44,569 bases of DNA from Escherichia phage BEU35, in the sequence record OM632668.1; one strand, written 5' to 3'. Shown piece after piece: positions 44,287 to 44,569 of the stretch; position 1 is the stretch's first letter; the number at the start of each line of letters is the position of its first letter. The position numbers were made by a program, and so were the translations under genes. The notes under the pieces are model-generated. The model did no database searches and had not been told where the DNA came from. It saw only the letters and a program-made list of their open reading frames with translations.

Positions 44287-44569
44287 TGATGGGCTTTTTC
44301 AAAGTAACTGATGTACCGTCGCGTCGCGTAGTCCAGTACGCCCGCGTGTCTGGCTCTGGCGAGAACGTGGTGTTTATTGAAGATGAAAGTGTACTCGGTA
44401 CACCAGTAGACGATATGCCGTTTGCAGACAAGACAGGTATCGCACTCTCTGCCGCTGGTATGCTTTATGAAATTCCGTATCTGGCGGACGCTGGTGACGT
44501 GTATTTCTCTGTGCAACCGAAAGACACTGAACTTACAGATGGCAGCGCAACTATCACTGTCGAAGTTAA
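44286..44569 (+). CDS. hypothetical protein, 3'-truncated by window end
   Basis: ATG overlaps stop of head morphogenesis gene (TAATG); frame open to window end. Confidence 0.4.
   Translation, partial: MMGFFKVTDVPSRRVVQYARVSGSGENVVFIEDESVLGTPVDDMPFADKTGIALSAAGMLYEIPYLADAGDVYFSVQPKDTELTDGSATITVEV

Noticed and set aside
1-44569. Integrated prophage with attachment sites or flanking host genes
   Set aside because: Every credible gene is phage-type, no integrase and no host housekeeping genes at either edge; the window looks like a virion or assembled phage genome rather than a chromosomal island.

Overview
The 44,569-bp window is almost entirely one densely coded tailed dsDNA phage genome, siphovirus-like (779-aa tape measure, tail tube, no sheath gene). 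The host is probably enterobacterial, inferred from sigma70-type promoters, GGAGG-type ribosome-binding sites and GC-hairpin terminators. All calls rest on reading the ORF translations and sequence by eye; no database search or computation was run. Plus strand, 1-21 kb: large terminase, a portal-like N-terminal ORF, embedded Rz/Rz1 spanins, scaffold, major capsid, head-tail joining genes, tail tube, chaperone G/T, tape measure, distal tail, tip and tailspike. Minus strand, 21-34 kb: Toprim protein, SNF2 helicase, C5-cytosine methyltransferase, VRR-NUC, family-A DNA polymerase, SSB-like protein, Cas4-like exonuclease, primase/helicase. Plus strand, 34.6-44.5 kb: small early genes, holin-endolysin cassette, more small genes, small terminase, a portal-like C-terminal ORF, and a Mu-F-type head morphogenesis gene. 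No integrase, transposase, tRNA or CRISPR array was seen. Most notable observations: (1) the head morphogenesis gene carries an in-frame 298-codon intein, and a 255-codon ORF on the opposite strand lies wholly inside it, encoding a tandem-HTH plus Vsr/DUF559-like nuclease-like protein; (2) the methyltransferase gene reads in two frames; (3) portal homology is split between two ORFs about 39.5 kb apart; (4) a 2.4-kb opposite-strand cassette (metallophosphoesterase, HAD phosphatase, P-loop kinase) sits inside the tail gene block; (5) diverged inverted paralogs open the two divergent early operons; (6) three replication proteins share a C-terminal T-x-E-D-L-E tail.
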